Positions 39,771-47,897 of a stretch of 64,000 nucleotides of DNA are shown one piece after another. The DNA is from a virus: IMG/VR virus record IMGVR_UViG_3300045988_119787, positions 10,557 through 74,556 of that record, one strand, 5' to 3'. The position numbers and the translations under genes were made by a program. Numbering within the stretch: the stretch's first letter is position 1; every line of letters starts with the position of its first letter. A model generated the notes under the pieces. That model did no database searches, was not told where the DNA came from, and worked only from the letters and a program-made list of their open reading frames with translations.

Positions 39771-40256
39771 TCAACTGAACCTATGAAACATTTTACGAAG
39801 AAATCCTATAGAATATCCTAACCAGAAGCAATATAGATGTAGAGTTCCATTGACATCATTCAACAGCATGGTAAAGAGAATGAACGGCATTGCCTTCTTG
39901 GTAGCCTCTTTCCACCTGCCGGTCTTTCCCCACATGATGCCGAGTGCGGAAAAGAGAAATCCCGACAACCCCATTGTCGGCTCTGTAACGAACATGGGCA
40001 GGAAGCTGGCTGCTACTGCTGTCACGAACGAAAGGGTTACATCTATCTTATTCTTTATACTCCAAAGCACCATCAGATTGATGAGCAGATGGAATAAGTT
40101 GACATGAAAGAAGCTGTAGACGAAATGATTTTCAATCGGGCAACCCTGATAGAAGCCTACGTGCTGCGTGCATAGAACCAGGCAGACAAGACTAAGAATC
40201 AGCTTGATCAGAAAGTTTCTTCTTGCGAAGGTCCATTTCCCTATAACTCTTTCCAT
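39771..40256 (-). CDS. Compact rhomboid-like intramembrane serine protease
   Basis: 161 aa, multi-TM. HxxxN (FHLLINLMVLW), GxSG (MGLSGFLFSALG) and a C-terminal His (GTLHLYCFWLGY) in the order of rhomboid TM2/TM4/TM6. Confidence 0.6.
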   Translation of the reverse strand: MERVIGKWTFARRNFLIKLILSLVCLVLCTQHVGFYQGCPIENHFVYSFFHVNLFHLLINLMVLWSIKNKIDVTLSFVTAVAASFLPMFVTEPTMGLSGFLFSALGIMWGKTGRWKEATKKAMPFILFTMLLNDVNGTLHLYCFWLGYSIGFLRKMFHRFS

Positions 40257-40647
40257 ATCTTTTGCAATAATTGAAGATGAACATCATGTTCTTTGGCTTG
40301 ATGAAGAATTCCGGTGCAGGCTCACTCACCAAGAACTGACAGATGAACCAGAGCGATTTCCCAAGGAACTCTTTTTTCTGTGACATTTCCATCAGCTTAT
40401 CATACAAGGAGTAATACATTCTCCTCTTGTTGGGCTTCATGTTGTCAACGGTTGAGAAATCGCCAACAACCATTTTTTCGAGCTTTCTGTACGCCTGCTT
40501 GGGAGATACATAATATCTCGGAGCTGGCGACTTCACCACCTTCTCGTATGCTTCCTGCTGCGAATGGCAGGTAGGGGCTATAGCACGATACGCCTTCATC
40601 AGGTCGTCCCTCTGTCTTTCAATCAGTTCGAAATTTGTCTTCGTCAT
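40192..40647 (-). CDS. Hypothetical protein, first gene of rhomboid cassette
   Basis: Start trimmed to ATG 40647 (MTKTNFE...) because a -7 box lies at 40670-40677, inside the longer ORF. Overlaps the rhomboid start by 65 nt. Confidence 0.5.
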   Translation of the reverse strand: MTKTNFELIERQRDDLMKAYRAIAPTCHSQQEAYEKVVKSPAPRYYVSPKQAYRKLEKMVVGDFSTVDNMKPNKRRMYYSLYDKLMEMSQKKEFLGKSLWFICQFLVSEPAPEFFIKPKNMMFIFNYCKRYGKSYREMDLRKKKLSDQADS

Positions 40648-40669
40648 AAACACGCTAGTTAAGATGGTG

Positions 40670-40677
40670 CAAATATA
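40670..40677 (-). promoter_or_regulatory. Bacteroidota-type -7 box (TATATTTG on minus strand)
   Basis: Plus-strand CAAATATA, 23-30 nt upstream of ATG 40647. Confidence 0.5.
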
Positions 40678-40769
40678 CAATTTATTTAGATTCTAACCAA
40701 ATAAGCGTATAAAGATTTAAATAAGTTTAATATTAGACCGATTTTCATGGCATTACGAAAGAAAAAGCT

Positions 40770-40777
40770 TAATTTTG
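40770..40777 (+). promoter_or_regulatory. Bacteroidota-type -7 box TAATTTTG
   Basis: Matches TAnnTTTG, about 70 nt upstream of ATG 40848. Back-to-back with the 40670 box. Confidence 0.5.
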
Positions 40778-40847
40778 CAACAAAATGAGATGCAAATCTC
40801 AGAAAAAGTTAGCAAAAAGTAAAATTAAACCATAAAATCATAACAAA

Positions 40848-41021
40848 ATGAGAACAAAACAGGAAACACCTCTCTCGGAAGAGGAGAAAGCCTTAGTTAT
40901 GGAAGGCTTATTGAGTAGGAAGATTTGGAGGTTCTATGAACTTCTAGCAAAGTGGGCACCCATACTGTTGATGCTTGGCCATTGGTATGGAGTATGGGAC
41001 TATGGGCGTTATCCCTAGACC
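40848..41021 (+). CDS. Small hypothetical protein (57 aa, below ORF-track cutoff)
   Basis: Hand translation gives MRTKQETPLSEEEKALVMEGLLSRKIWRFYELLAKWAPILLMLGHWYGVWDYGRYP*. First ORF after the promoter. Confidence 0.35.
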
Positions 41022-41334
41022 TACCATCACAGATACCGACTGCAACGGTAACTGCATCATCTGGATTTACGTGCTGTCGTATATCTATATGCCTTTATCC
41101 ATGATTCCCGTGAGTTTCTTTTTCAGATACTGCTGGATTTTCCGCATCCCATTCTTCTATTTCATTGGCATCAATGCCATCAGACTGTATTACCATCACT
41201 GGCTCATCACTCCAGAGCAACTGGAAATGCACCATGTGTTCATTATATTCACTTTAATGCTATACGCTTATGGATTTATCAAAATCGCTCTATCACGTAG
41301 CAAAATCTGCATTCCACATGCTACAAAACGATGA
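40987..41334 (+). CDS. Multi-TM hypothetical membrane protein
   Basis: The frame opens after TGA 40969-40971. Candidate starts are TTG 40975 and ATG 40987. Sequence is very hydrophobic. Confidence 0.4.
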   Translation: MEYGTMGVIPRPTITDTDCNGNCIIWIYVLSYIYMPLSMIPVSFFFRYCWIFRIPFFYFIGINAIRLYYHHWLITPEQLEMHHVFIIFTLMLYAYGFIKIALSRSKICIPHATKR

Positions 41335-41731
41335 ATGCGGATTCACAGAGGAAGAAGAGCAAATCGTTCAACGTAATCTCCTATACTGGATGGAGAGAAG
41401 ACATCACTTCGATGAGCACTCAGGAAGAGCCTGCATTGCGAACATCTACTACTTTGACAGTGATGTACACAAGGAGTATGCGCCTTACTTTGACTTTGAG
41501 GAGCTGAAGAAGGAGTATGATCGTTTGGCTTGGGACATTCCCGACTACAACTTCTGGGATTTTGCAGTGACGATGAATAAGATGTACGCTGACCACATTG
41601 ACGTGGTAGGTAGATGGTCCAAAAGCAAGGAAACAACAAGGAAAAGAATTTCTGAACTGTCTGTCAGTTTCCTTTGCGACGAGTCAACAAACCACCCTAC
41701 TGATAAAATCTGGTGGTACATGAATAGCTAG
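41270..41731 (+). CDS. Hypothetical protein
   Basis: 153-aa ORF. The alternative ATG at 41318 would reduce the overlap with the previous ORF. Confidence 0.5.
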   Translation: MDLSKSLYHVAKSAFHMLQNDECGFTEEEEQIVQRNLLYWMERRHHFDEHSGRACIANIYYFDSDVHKEYAPYFDFEELKKEYDRLAWDIPDYNFWDFAVTMNKMYADHIDVVGRWSKSKETTRKRISELSVSFLCDESTNHPTDKIWWYMNS

Positions 41732-41800
41732 TTTGGAATACCGCAAAACGTATTGGGAAGACCAGTAACTTTGTAGCCATTAATCAAAAATAAATGATAT

Positions 41801-42250
41801 ATGGCTGAAATAATTCATACATTCTTGCAAGAGCACCTGTATAGGTCGGCATTGATCATTGCCATCTGTATGGGTGCTCTTATCATTTCTATGGGCGTGG
41901 ACCTGTTCTTCGGCATCAAGAAAGCGAAAGAGAACGGACTGGCTACGACAAGTACAGGATTCAAGAAGACTTGCGACAAGGCAAGGAAGTATTTTTCGCC
42001 CTTCATGGTGACGGTCTGCATAGACCTGATTGCCTGTACGGTTCTCCCCTTCCCGATTTTCTCCATGATTTGGGTTGGCTATTGCGTGTTCTGTGAATTT
42101 GTAAGTGTAAGAGAAAAGAGCTGGCAGAAGGCTGAGATACGGAAACAAGAGAAGACGGTAAGCATTCTTCTGGAGAACAAAGAGGACCTTGCTAGGGCTT
42201 TTGCCGAGATTATGAAGGAACTGGAAAAGGAGAAGGAGGCAAAAGGATGA
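41801..42250 (+). CDS. Holin (LL-H/holin_4-like)
   Basis: TM segments plus VDLFFGIKKAKENGLATTSTGFKKT motif. Lies immediately upstream of the endolysin and overlaps it. Confidence 0.6.
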   Translation: MAEIIHTFLQEHLYRSALIIAICMGALIISMGVDLFFGIKKAKENGLATTSTGFKKTCDKARKYFSPFMVTVCIDLIACTVLPFPIFSMIWVGYCVFCEFVSVREKSWQKAEIRKQEKTVSILLENKEDLARAFAEIMKELEKEKEAKG

Positions 42251-42792
42251 AGATAACTAGAAAACAAATGGTGAATGCTGTAGGAAATGTTGATAAAATT
42301 GACATTCTCCTACATTATATCAACATCTATCTTGATGTCTTTGACATCAATACTCCTCTGAGAGCAGCACACTTTATGGCACAATGCTGTCACGAAACTG
42401 GCGGTCTGAAATTCCTGAAAGAGAAGGGCAATTCCAAGTATTTCAAGAAATATGAGCAGGGAAGACTCGGAAAGATTCTTGGCAATACTCAGACTGGAGA
42501 CGGTGAGAAGTACAAGGGTCGTGGCTTGCTGCACCTTACTGGCAGAGCCAACTACAAGGCTTATCAGAAGTCTGGATATTGCAAGGGCGACATCATGGAG
42601 AATCCGGAATTGCTGGAGCAACCGATTGGTGCTATCAAGAGTGGTATGTGGTGGTGGATGAAGCATAAACTGAATGCTCTTGCCGACAAGGATGCTTTCG
42701 AGGCGATTACGAGAAGAGTGAACGGTGGAACAAACGGACTGGAAGACCGAGGAAGATGGCTAAGAATTTGGAAAAAGGAGTTATGCGCATGA
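42247..42792 (+). CDS. Endolysin, GH19/chitinase-like (COG3179-type)
   Basis: AHFMAQCCHETGGLKFLKE...GNTQTGDGEKYKGRGLLHLTGRANY signature. Confidence 0.8.
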   Translation: MKITRKQMVNAVGNVDKIDILLHYINIYLDVFDINTPLRAAHFMAQCCHETGGLKFLKEKGNSKYFKKYEQGRLGKILGNTQTGDGEKYKGRGLLHLTGRANYKAYQKSGYCKGDIMENPELLEQPIGAIKSGMWWWMKHKLNALADKDAFEAITRRVNGGTNGLEDRGRWLRIWKKELCA

Positions 42793-43229
42793 AATGGTAT
42801 GATATTAGGTTTTGGAAATGGGCGTGTGTAGCCTTGGCTATTGGTGTTATCCTGCTAGCCTTTACTGGCTGCAAGACTAAGGAATACATCAAGATTCCAG
42901 AATATCACACGGAATACATCGTGAGAACCGACACAGTTGCCAAGACGGATAGTATATACATGAAGGATTCTGTACATGTCTTTCAGAAGGGTGATACGGT
43001 GGTGATTAGCAAGGTTGCTTATCGGGACCGCTACCATAATATATATAAGGTGAAGCTTGACACTATCTTTAGGCATGATTCTATTGAGGTTCCTGTGCCA
43101 TGTGAGCGGACGCTTACCAAGAGCGAGCAGAGACTCATGACGCTAGGAAGGTGCTATATAGCCTTTCTCTTCTTAGTGGTTGTTGTCGGAATTGGGTTTG
43201 CCTTCTGGTATCATAATAAAAAATGCTAG
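42756..43229 (+). CDS. Unimolecular spanin candidate (N-terminal lipobox plus C-terminal TM)
   Basis: LLAFTGC lipobox. C-terminal TM CYIAFLFLVVVVGIGFAFWY. Overlaps the endolysin stop (alternative ATG 42783 in ATGCGCATGA). Confidence 0.5.
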   Translation: MAKNLEKGVMRMKWYDIRFWKWACVALAIGVILLAFTGCKTKEYIKIPEYHTEYIVRTDTVAKTDSIYMKDSVHVFQKGDTVVISKVAYRDRYHNIYKVKLDTIFRHDSIEVPVPCERTLTKSEQRLMTLGRCYIAFLFLVVVVGIGFAFWYHNKKC

Positions 43230-43232
43230 CGT

Positions 43233-43544
43233 ATGGCTGAGATTAGTGAAGAACTCAAGATGATAGACTCGCTCCTGATGGAATTTCACGAGCGCATTCA
43301 AAGTGGAAGATGCTTGACCAACAAGCTCCAAAATAACATGATGTTGAAGTTCTTGCACGAAATCGCCAACAAGGATGAGCCGATCAGTAAAGCTGAGGCT
43401 TGCAGTTATGTCCGTGTTTCCAGGGCTACCTTTGACCGGTTGGTCAAGGAAGGAAGACTTCCAAAAGGACAGAAGCGCAAAGGATGGACCGAACTGATTT
43501 GGTACGAAAAGGATTTGGATAAATACATAGATAAGTTGATTTAA
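43233..43544 (+). CDS. HTH DNA-binding protein (excisionase/MerR-like HTH_17)
   Basis: ISKAEACSYVRVSRATFDRLVKEGRLPKGQKRKGW motif. Confidence 0.5.
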   Translation: MAEISEELKMIDSLLMEFHERIQSGRCLTNKLQNNMMLKFLHEIANKDEPISKAEACSYVRVSRATFDRLVKEGRLPKGQKRKGWTELIWYEKDLDKYIDKLI

Positions 43545-43601
43545 TTTTACTTTTTTAGTTTTTCATAGGGTTTAAATTTATTATGTTAATTGTCTTTGAC
43601 G

Positions 43602-43640
43602 AAAAAAATCCCCACTCGGCTGTGATAGCTGGGTGGGGAT
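43602..43640 (-). terminator. Intrinsic terminator ending the long leftward early operon
   Basis: Minus strand ATCCCCAC..CAGCT-atcac-AGCCG..GTGGGGAT followed by TTTTTTT. Confidence 0.7.
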
Positions 43641-43646
43641 TGTGGG

Positions 43647-43988
43647 TTAATCGCCAAGAATATCCTTGATTTTCTTTTCGATGAACTCATCAGAAGTACT
43701 CTCCTTTATTATGGCATCAATGTCTGGTAACTCTGCATCAACTTTGTCTTCTTTCATTTTTGAGGTAAGCATGCCAATTACCAGTTTCGTCCAAGGGCTA
43801 TTAACCATATTTGCCAATGAATCCTTTTGAAGCTCATAGGCTTTCTTTAACTCTCCGTTATCACGGAAATATCTGAGCACTTCCGTCAATGCAGTAACAA
43901 AGTTCTTGTCAGACATCGGGTTGCTCTTTGCCTCTTCCAGTTTAAGCATTAGGAAGAGTAATGATGAATGTAAATCTGTTTTGTTCAT
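43647..43988 (-). CDS. Hypothetical protein
   Basis: 113-aa ORF, last gene of the early operon. Confidence 0.55.
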   Translation of the reverse strand: MNKTDLHSSLLFLMLKLEEAKSNPMSDKNFVTALTEVLRYFRDNGELKKAYELQKDSLANMVNSPWTKLVIGMLTSKMKEDKVDAELPDIDAIIKESTSDEFIEKKIKDILGD

Positions 43989-43990
43989 AA

Positions 43991-44224
43991 CTACTTCTTT
44001 TTACGACAAGGACAACTCTCTGCGTGAACAACGCAAACACCATGTTTCGTGTCCACAATCAGATAATCATGTCCTTCCTCTGTGAATACTGACATACCAA
44101 TCTTCTTTGCAGGTGCATTGCTATTAGCCAACGAGCGAATGCCCTCAAATATCAATGCTCCTACAAGCAAACACAAGACGAACCAAACGGCTGACTTGAT
44201 TAAGTTTAAAATCTTATTCTTCAT
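43991..44224 (-). CDS. Small membrane protein
   Basis: 77 aa, TM AVWFVLCLLVGALIF. Confidence 0.5.
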   Translation of the reverse strand: MKNKILNLIKSAVWFVLCLLVGALIFEGIRSLANSNAPAKKIGMSVFTEEGHDYLIVDTKHGVCVVHAESCPCRKKK

Positions 44225-44236
44225 AAGCTATTTCTT

Positions 44237-44611
44237 TTAATCGAATTTATTACCAATTCTTTCTATCCTACAAACTTCTATAACATCGTGAAGCTTATAA
44301 GAATGTTTATTATAGCAGACCACCATAAAAGAGTATTTACCTTCCGACCAAATCACTTCGGCAGTATAGCTAAACCCTACGAAATGTATTAGGTCGTGCT
44401 CAAAGATTTCTTTTCCTTTGCAGTCTTTCAGTCCTGTGAACTGGCAGATTGTATCTGTATCAACTTCATAAGTGATATTTCTGTTCAACATACTTTCTTC
44501 TTGACGATTTTCGATGATGTAGGTATTACCACATTCGGCATAGAAGTAACCTTCAACCCACTTGCCATTATCAAGACGTTTAGCCTTGAACTTGATATTT
44601 TCTATTTTCAT
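44237..44611 (-). CDS. YopX-family protein
   Basis: KFKAKRLDNGKWVEGYF...ICQFTGLKDCKGKEIFEHDLI matches the YopX pattern. Confidence 0.6.
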   Translation of the reverse strand: MKIENIKFKAKRLDNGKWVEGYFYAECGNTYIIENRQEESMLNRNITYEVDTDTICQFTGLKDCKGKEIFEHDLIHFVGFSYTAEVIWSEGKYSFMVVCYNKHSYKLHDVIEVCRIERIGNKFD

Positions 44612-44614
44612 AAG

Positions 44615-44893
44615 CTATCTTAAAATCTTAATTTTGATACCTAAGTACTTTTCCATTTCTTTCAACCCATTTTCGTTTACACTATAATAATATATATCAC
44701 GAGGAGATCCACTACCATAAGGCTGAATACTTCTTTTAGCATATCCTTTTGACCATAAGGAATCCCATAATGTATCTGGCTCATCATAATACATCACTCC
44801 ATTGCGATAGGCTTCATAAACACCCTTTTTAGGGTCCTTCCAATCTAAGCCAATGCAATGTTTCATCTTGTATAATTCGTCTGATGTAAGCAT
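44615..44893 (-). CDS. Hypothetical protein
   Basis: 92-aa ORF, tightly packed in the operon. Confidence 0.5.
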   Translation of the reverse strand: MLTSDELYKMKHCIGLDWKDPKKGVYEAYRNGVMYYDEPDTLWDSLWSKGYAKRSIQPYGSGSPRDIYYYSVNENGLKEMEKYLGIKIKILR

Positions 44894-44898
44894 GGCTA

Positions 44899-45081
44899 TT
44901 ATTCTTTAAAATACGACTTTATTTTATTCCAAACTTCCTTTGGTGAATAATGGCACATGACGTATATTGCAACAATCCCAAAGGCTATTAAGAAAGCTGT
45001 CTCTATATCAAATCCTTCTCCTATCTGGCGTATTATATGATATGAGCCATCACTTCCATAAGATATATAACTGTCATTCAT
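44899..45081 (-). CDS. Small membrane protein
   Basis: 60 aa, TM AFLIAFGIVAIYVM. Confidence 0.4.
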   Translation of the reverse strand: MNDSYISYGSDGSYHIIRQIGEGFDIETAFLIAFGIVAIYVMCHYSPKEVWNKIKSYFKE

Positions 45082-45083
45082 AA

Positions 45084-45497
45084 CTATTCATCAATTTTTA
45101 CACCGAACGGAGTTCCGTCGGCAAATAACAAATTCTTAAAGCTACTTTCAAATGTCTCATCTTCATATCCACGGAAGTGACAGCCATTAGTAACTAAGCA
45201 TGTAAATGCACGATGTGTTTGATAATTAGCAAAGTACTTATCTTTAACAACACCAAACGGCTGATGCTTCATCATTTCCTCCCAGCACTCTTCTGCTTGG
45301 CAAAAAGGGCGGTACTTTTGTTCTGGCTTAATGCGATACTCTGTATTATTCCAAAACACAATCTCTTTCATTTCCGTCCAATCATTCGGAACATCTGTAC
45401 CTTCTATGAAACTTGGTTTTGTCCTACACTCAATTACCTTTCCTTCTGCAAAAGCTTTCATGATAGGATAAAATTCTTTAGCTTGATTTCTGTCCAT
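45084..45497 (-). CDS. Hypothetical protein
   Basis: 137-aa ORF. Confidence 0.5.
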   Translation of the reverse strand: MDRNQAKEFYPIMKAFAEGKVIECRTKPSFIEGTDVPNDWTEMKEIVFWNNTEYRIKPEQKYRPFCQAEECWEEMMKHQPFGVVKDKYFANYQTHRAFTCLVTNGCHFRGYEDETFESSFKNLLFADGTPFGVKIDE

Positions 45498-45510
45498 ATT
45501 ACTTTACTTA

Positions 45511-45618
45511 TTAATTATCATCATTATTTGCAGGGCAATTGGAATACTCTGGGCAATAGTCACAAGACTGCCCATCTTTAAGTCTCCAACACGTATAGCC
45601 TTCGTAAGGTTCTGTCAT
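45511..45618 (-). CDS. Small Cys-rich hypothetical protein (35 aa)
   Basis: Trimmed to ATG 45618 (MTEPYEGYTCWRLKDGQSCDYCPEYSNCP), adjacent to the upstream stop at 45620. Confidence 0.3.
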   Translation of the reverse strand: MTEPYEGYTCWRLKDGQSCDYCPEYSNCPANNDDN

Positions 45619-45619
45619 A

Positions 45620-45964
45620 TCAATCCTCCAATTTCTTAATAGGTTTCCAATGAGTGATACGAGCCATTCTCCCTTCCCATAAGATGATGAAGTCATTACC
45701 ATCTTTTGGGACGGTAGTGCTTTCCACTCTTCTGTTTTTAAAAACATTATCAGGTGACATCTTACTTGTTACAAAGACTTCTTCTCCATAAGGTGGCAAC
45801 CCATCCTCAACAGATACCCAGTCAGACTTGGAGATTTCCTTCAAGACTACCTGCAATGTGTTTATGATGTAACTTTTTACATTTCCTTGTATGTAGTCAT
45901 CATCTGTAACTTTTGTAAAACGGATAGTTTTCTCTATCAGCTTTTCAACTTTCTTCTTATCCAT
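45620..45964 (-). CDS. DUF551-like protein
   Basis: DWVSVEDGLPPYGEEVFV...ITHWKPI resembles the DUF551 pattern. Confidence 0.45.
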   Translation of the reverse strand: MDKKKVEKLIEKTIRFTKVTDDDYIQGNVKSYIINTLQVVLKEISKSDWVSVEDGLPPYGEEVFVTSKMSPDNVFKNRRVESTTVPKDGNDFIILWEGRMARITHWKPIKKLED

Positions 45965-45966
45965 AG

Positions 45967-46272
45967 TTATAAATTAAAATATTCACGTATCTGCTCACCT
46001 GTCATGCGATATACCTCAGATATTCGGCAGTCTCTAATTGGGCTATCCCATGCACTGATATATTCATCATTACAACTACCATCAGCAACACGCTCTACGG
46101 CTTCTTCTAATCCTGTTGCAAAGCAAACGCTTAAAAGTTCCTTTTCCTCGTCACTAAGCCCTTTTCCTTCCAAAGCAATATTTAGAGCGATTTGCAACTC
46201 GTCATGAGCCTTATCTGAATAGCCTATAGCCTTATCAATATGACTATTGATTGATTTCTCTTTCTTATCCAT
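45967..46272 (-). CDS. Hypothetical protein
   Basis: 101-aa ORF. Confidence 0.5.
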   Translation of the reverse strand: MDKKEKSINSHIDKAIGYSDKAHDELQIALNIALEGKGLSDEEKELLSVCFATGLEEAVERVADGSCNDEYISAWDSPIRDCRISEVYRMTGEQIREYFNL

Positions 46273-46296
46273 AGTTCTATATTGTTTCTTGTTTAA

Positions 46297-46425
46297 TCAC
46301 TTCGTCAAGCCTTGCCCCATCTTCTGAATGATGTTGTCAATAGTTTTGCCTTGATAGTCGGCAGCTATCTCTTGGAGGATGCGAGTTGGCTTGTTAGTCT
46401 GAATCTGTTTGATACTGTTATACAT
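46297..46425 (-). CDS. Small hypothetical protein (42 aa, below cutoff)
   Basis: Hand translation gives MYNSIKQIQTNKPTRILQEIAADYQGKTIDNIIQKMGQGLTK*. ATGTATAA overlap with the upstream stop. Confidence 0.3.
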   Translation of the reverse strand: MYNSIKQIQTNKPTRILQEIAADYQGKTIDNIIQKMGQGLTK

Positions 46426-46870
46426 TAATTCTTTCTCTCATTTTCAGTGCTTCCTCAAAAGGTATATAACGACCATTCTTTGCAAGTATAAACACTTTAC
46501 TCATATCCATTTCTGTAAAATTGCAAGAAGTAGTATCATATCTATTACAAATACAATGTTGCTCTTTATCATATTCTTTTGGTGGCATCCATAGCGTATG
46601 GCACAGTTTACTCATCTCTGAGTCTTCCCCACCACCACATAAGACGCAACCACCCTTGCCTAGAAAGCACACCTGTTTAGTGTCTTCTTCTTTTTTATTG
46701 AAAGAAACTATAAGTTTTGTTGAACTATACAAGTCCGTAGTCTCATGAGGATAGAACGAGCATTTTTTACCTTCTTTGTCTATGCCTTTAACGAGATAGT
46801 AGCCATTATCAATCTCGTCCATATAAGCATCATATAAAATTTCTCCTGTCTTTTTTACTTTTGCGTACAT
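46418..46870 (-). CDS. Cys-rich hypothetical protein
   Basis: 150-aa ORF with CVLCGGG and CICN clusters. Confidence 0.5.
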   Translation of the reverse strand: MYAKVKKTGEILYDAYMDEIDNGYYLVKGIDKEGKKCSFYPHETTDLYSSTKLIVSFNKKEEDTKQVCFLGKGGCVLCGGGEDSEMSKLCHTLWMPPKEYDKEQHCICNRYDTTSCNFTEMDMSKVFILAKNGRYIPFEEALKMRERINV

Positions 46871-46916
46871 ATTCTTCTTAATTATCCCTCTCCCTTTTAC
46901 AGAAGAGGGCGGTTAG

Positions 46917-47093
46917 TTACTTTTTATGATGGTCAACACCAGTTGTTTGCCATCTAATATAATTTATAAATTTCGGTGTTAGGCTATCATCCTGCGACCA
47001 AAATAAAACTATGAATATCCATATAAATGGTAATAAGAGTACCGTTATTAACATGAATAATAATGGGTATCTTTTACCTTTGCATTCAAACAT
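46917..47093 (-). CDS. Small membrane protein (58 aa, below cutoff)
   Basis: Hand translation gives MFECKGKRYPLLFMLITVLLLPFIWIFIVLFWSQDD.... Confidence 0.35.
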   Translation of the reverse strand: MFECKGKRYPLLFMLITVLLLPFIWIFIVLFWSQDDSLTPKFINYIRWQTTGVDHHKK

Positions 47094-47104
47094 AATCTAT
47101 CTAT

Positions 47105-47119
47105 TTATGCCCGAAGGCG
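47105..47119 (-). repeat. Intercistronic cUUCGg hairpin element, copy 1 (identical 15-mer at 51989-52003)
   Basis: Plus strand ttatgcccgaaggcg. Minus strand CGCCTTCGGGCATAA (GCC-UUCG-GGC). Confidence 0.5.
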
Positions 47120-47120
47120 G

Positions 47121-47267
47121 TTAATCACCTAATCTTCTATCTATTGCTTTTATCACTTCTTGTATGGAAGCTGCCTCATCGTTGGTTTTTGTATATCGTC
47201 TTTTAAATATCATCAACATATTTTTAAGGCGAATAAAATCCGTTCTCAACAACTTATCATTTCCCAT
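47121..47267 (-). CDS. Small hypothetical protein (48 aa, below cutoff)
   Basis: Hand translation gives MGNDKLLRTDFIRLKNMLMIFKRRYTKTNDEAASIQEVIKAIDRRLGD*. Confidence 0.3.
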   Translation of the reverse strand: MGNDKLLRTDFIRLKNMLMIFKRRYTKTNDEAASIQEVIKAIDRRLGD

Positions 47268-47269
47268 AC

Positions 47270-47524
47270 CTACACCTCCATTTCTGAGTTAAGTCCTAGA
47301 CCGAAGAGAAGGTGCTGGAGTTCGTGGATATAATGTATCTCCATTATAAAGATTCTGTTAATAGCAACGTATATATTTTCGCTAAGCTCTATTGTTAAGG
47401 GAATATCGTTAACGTTCTTCTCAAAGAATTTCTCATATAATTTCTTCCACCCATTCTTCTCTAGAATCTCTGGAGTAAGAGGAATTTGGTACAATATCCT
47501 TGACACAAGCGTAGCAATTTCCAT
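47270..47524 (-). CDS. Hypothetical protein
   Basis: 84-aa ORF. Confidence 0.45.
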   Translation of the reverse strand: MEIATLVSRILYQIPLTPEILEKNGWKKLYEKFFEKNVNDIPLTIELSENIYVAINRIFIMEIHYIHELQHLLFGLGLNSEMEV

Positions 47525-47729
47525 AATAAAGATAACCTCTATCTCCTAATTCTGCACCTTCGATGTTCTCTAAGCAGACAACACCTTTCAGAACCGTTCC
47601 ATCGTCCAACTCCAAAGTCTTTGATGTGTCTGATGATGTTACTCGGTAAACGACATTTTGTGCTGTACCACAAGGTATTTCGTTTGTCATTACCAAATCA
47701 CCTGGAATATATTCTAATTTATTGTCCAT
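47433..47729 (-). CDS. Hypothetical protein
   Basis: 98-aa ORF. Its 3' end overlaps the next gene by 92 nt. Confidence 0.45.
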   Translation of the reverse strand: MDNKLEYIPGDLVMTNEIPCGTAQNVVYRVTSSDTSKTLELDDGTVLKGVVCLENIEGAELGDRGYLYYGNCYACVKDIVPNSSYSRDSREEWVEEII

Positions 47730-47742
47730 ACTCTTTACTTCA

Positions 47743-47895
47743 TTAAACTAAGTTCTTTCTAGCCCAAGCTTCTGCCTTTGGCTTAGTCTTGAACTGTTTG
47801 TTTTTTACTTCATGCCAAACTCCATAAGGAGCGGTCTTATACTCAATGAGAAACAAACCTTTCTCAATCTTTACGATTCTATATTCAAAACACAT
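47743..47895 (-). CDS. Small hypothetical protein (50 aa, below cutoff)
   Basis: Hand translation gives MCFEYRIVKIEKGLFLIEYKTAPYGVWHEVKNKQFKTKPKAEAWARKNLV*. Confidence 0.3.
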   Translation of the reverse strand: MCFEYRIVKIEKGLFLIEYKTAPYGVWHEVKNKQFKTKPKAEAWARKNLV

Positions 47896-47897
47896 AA

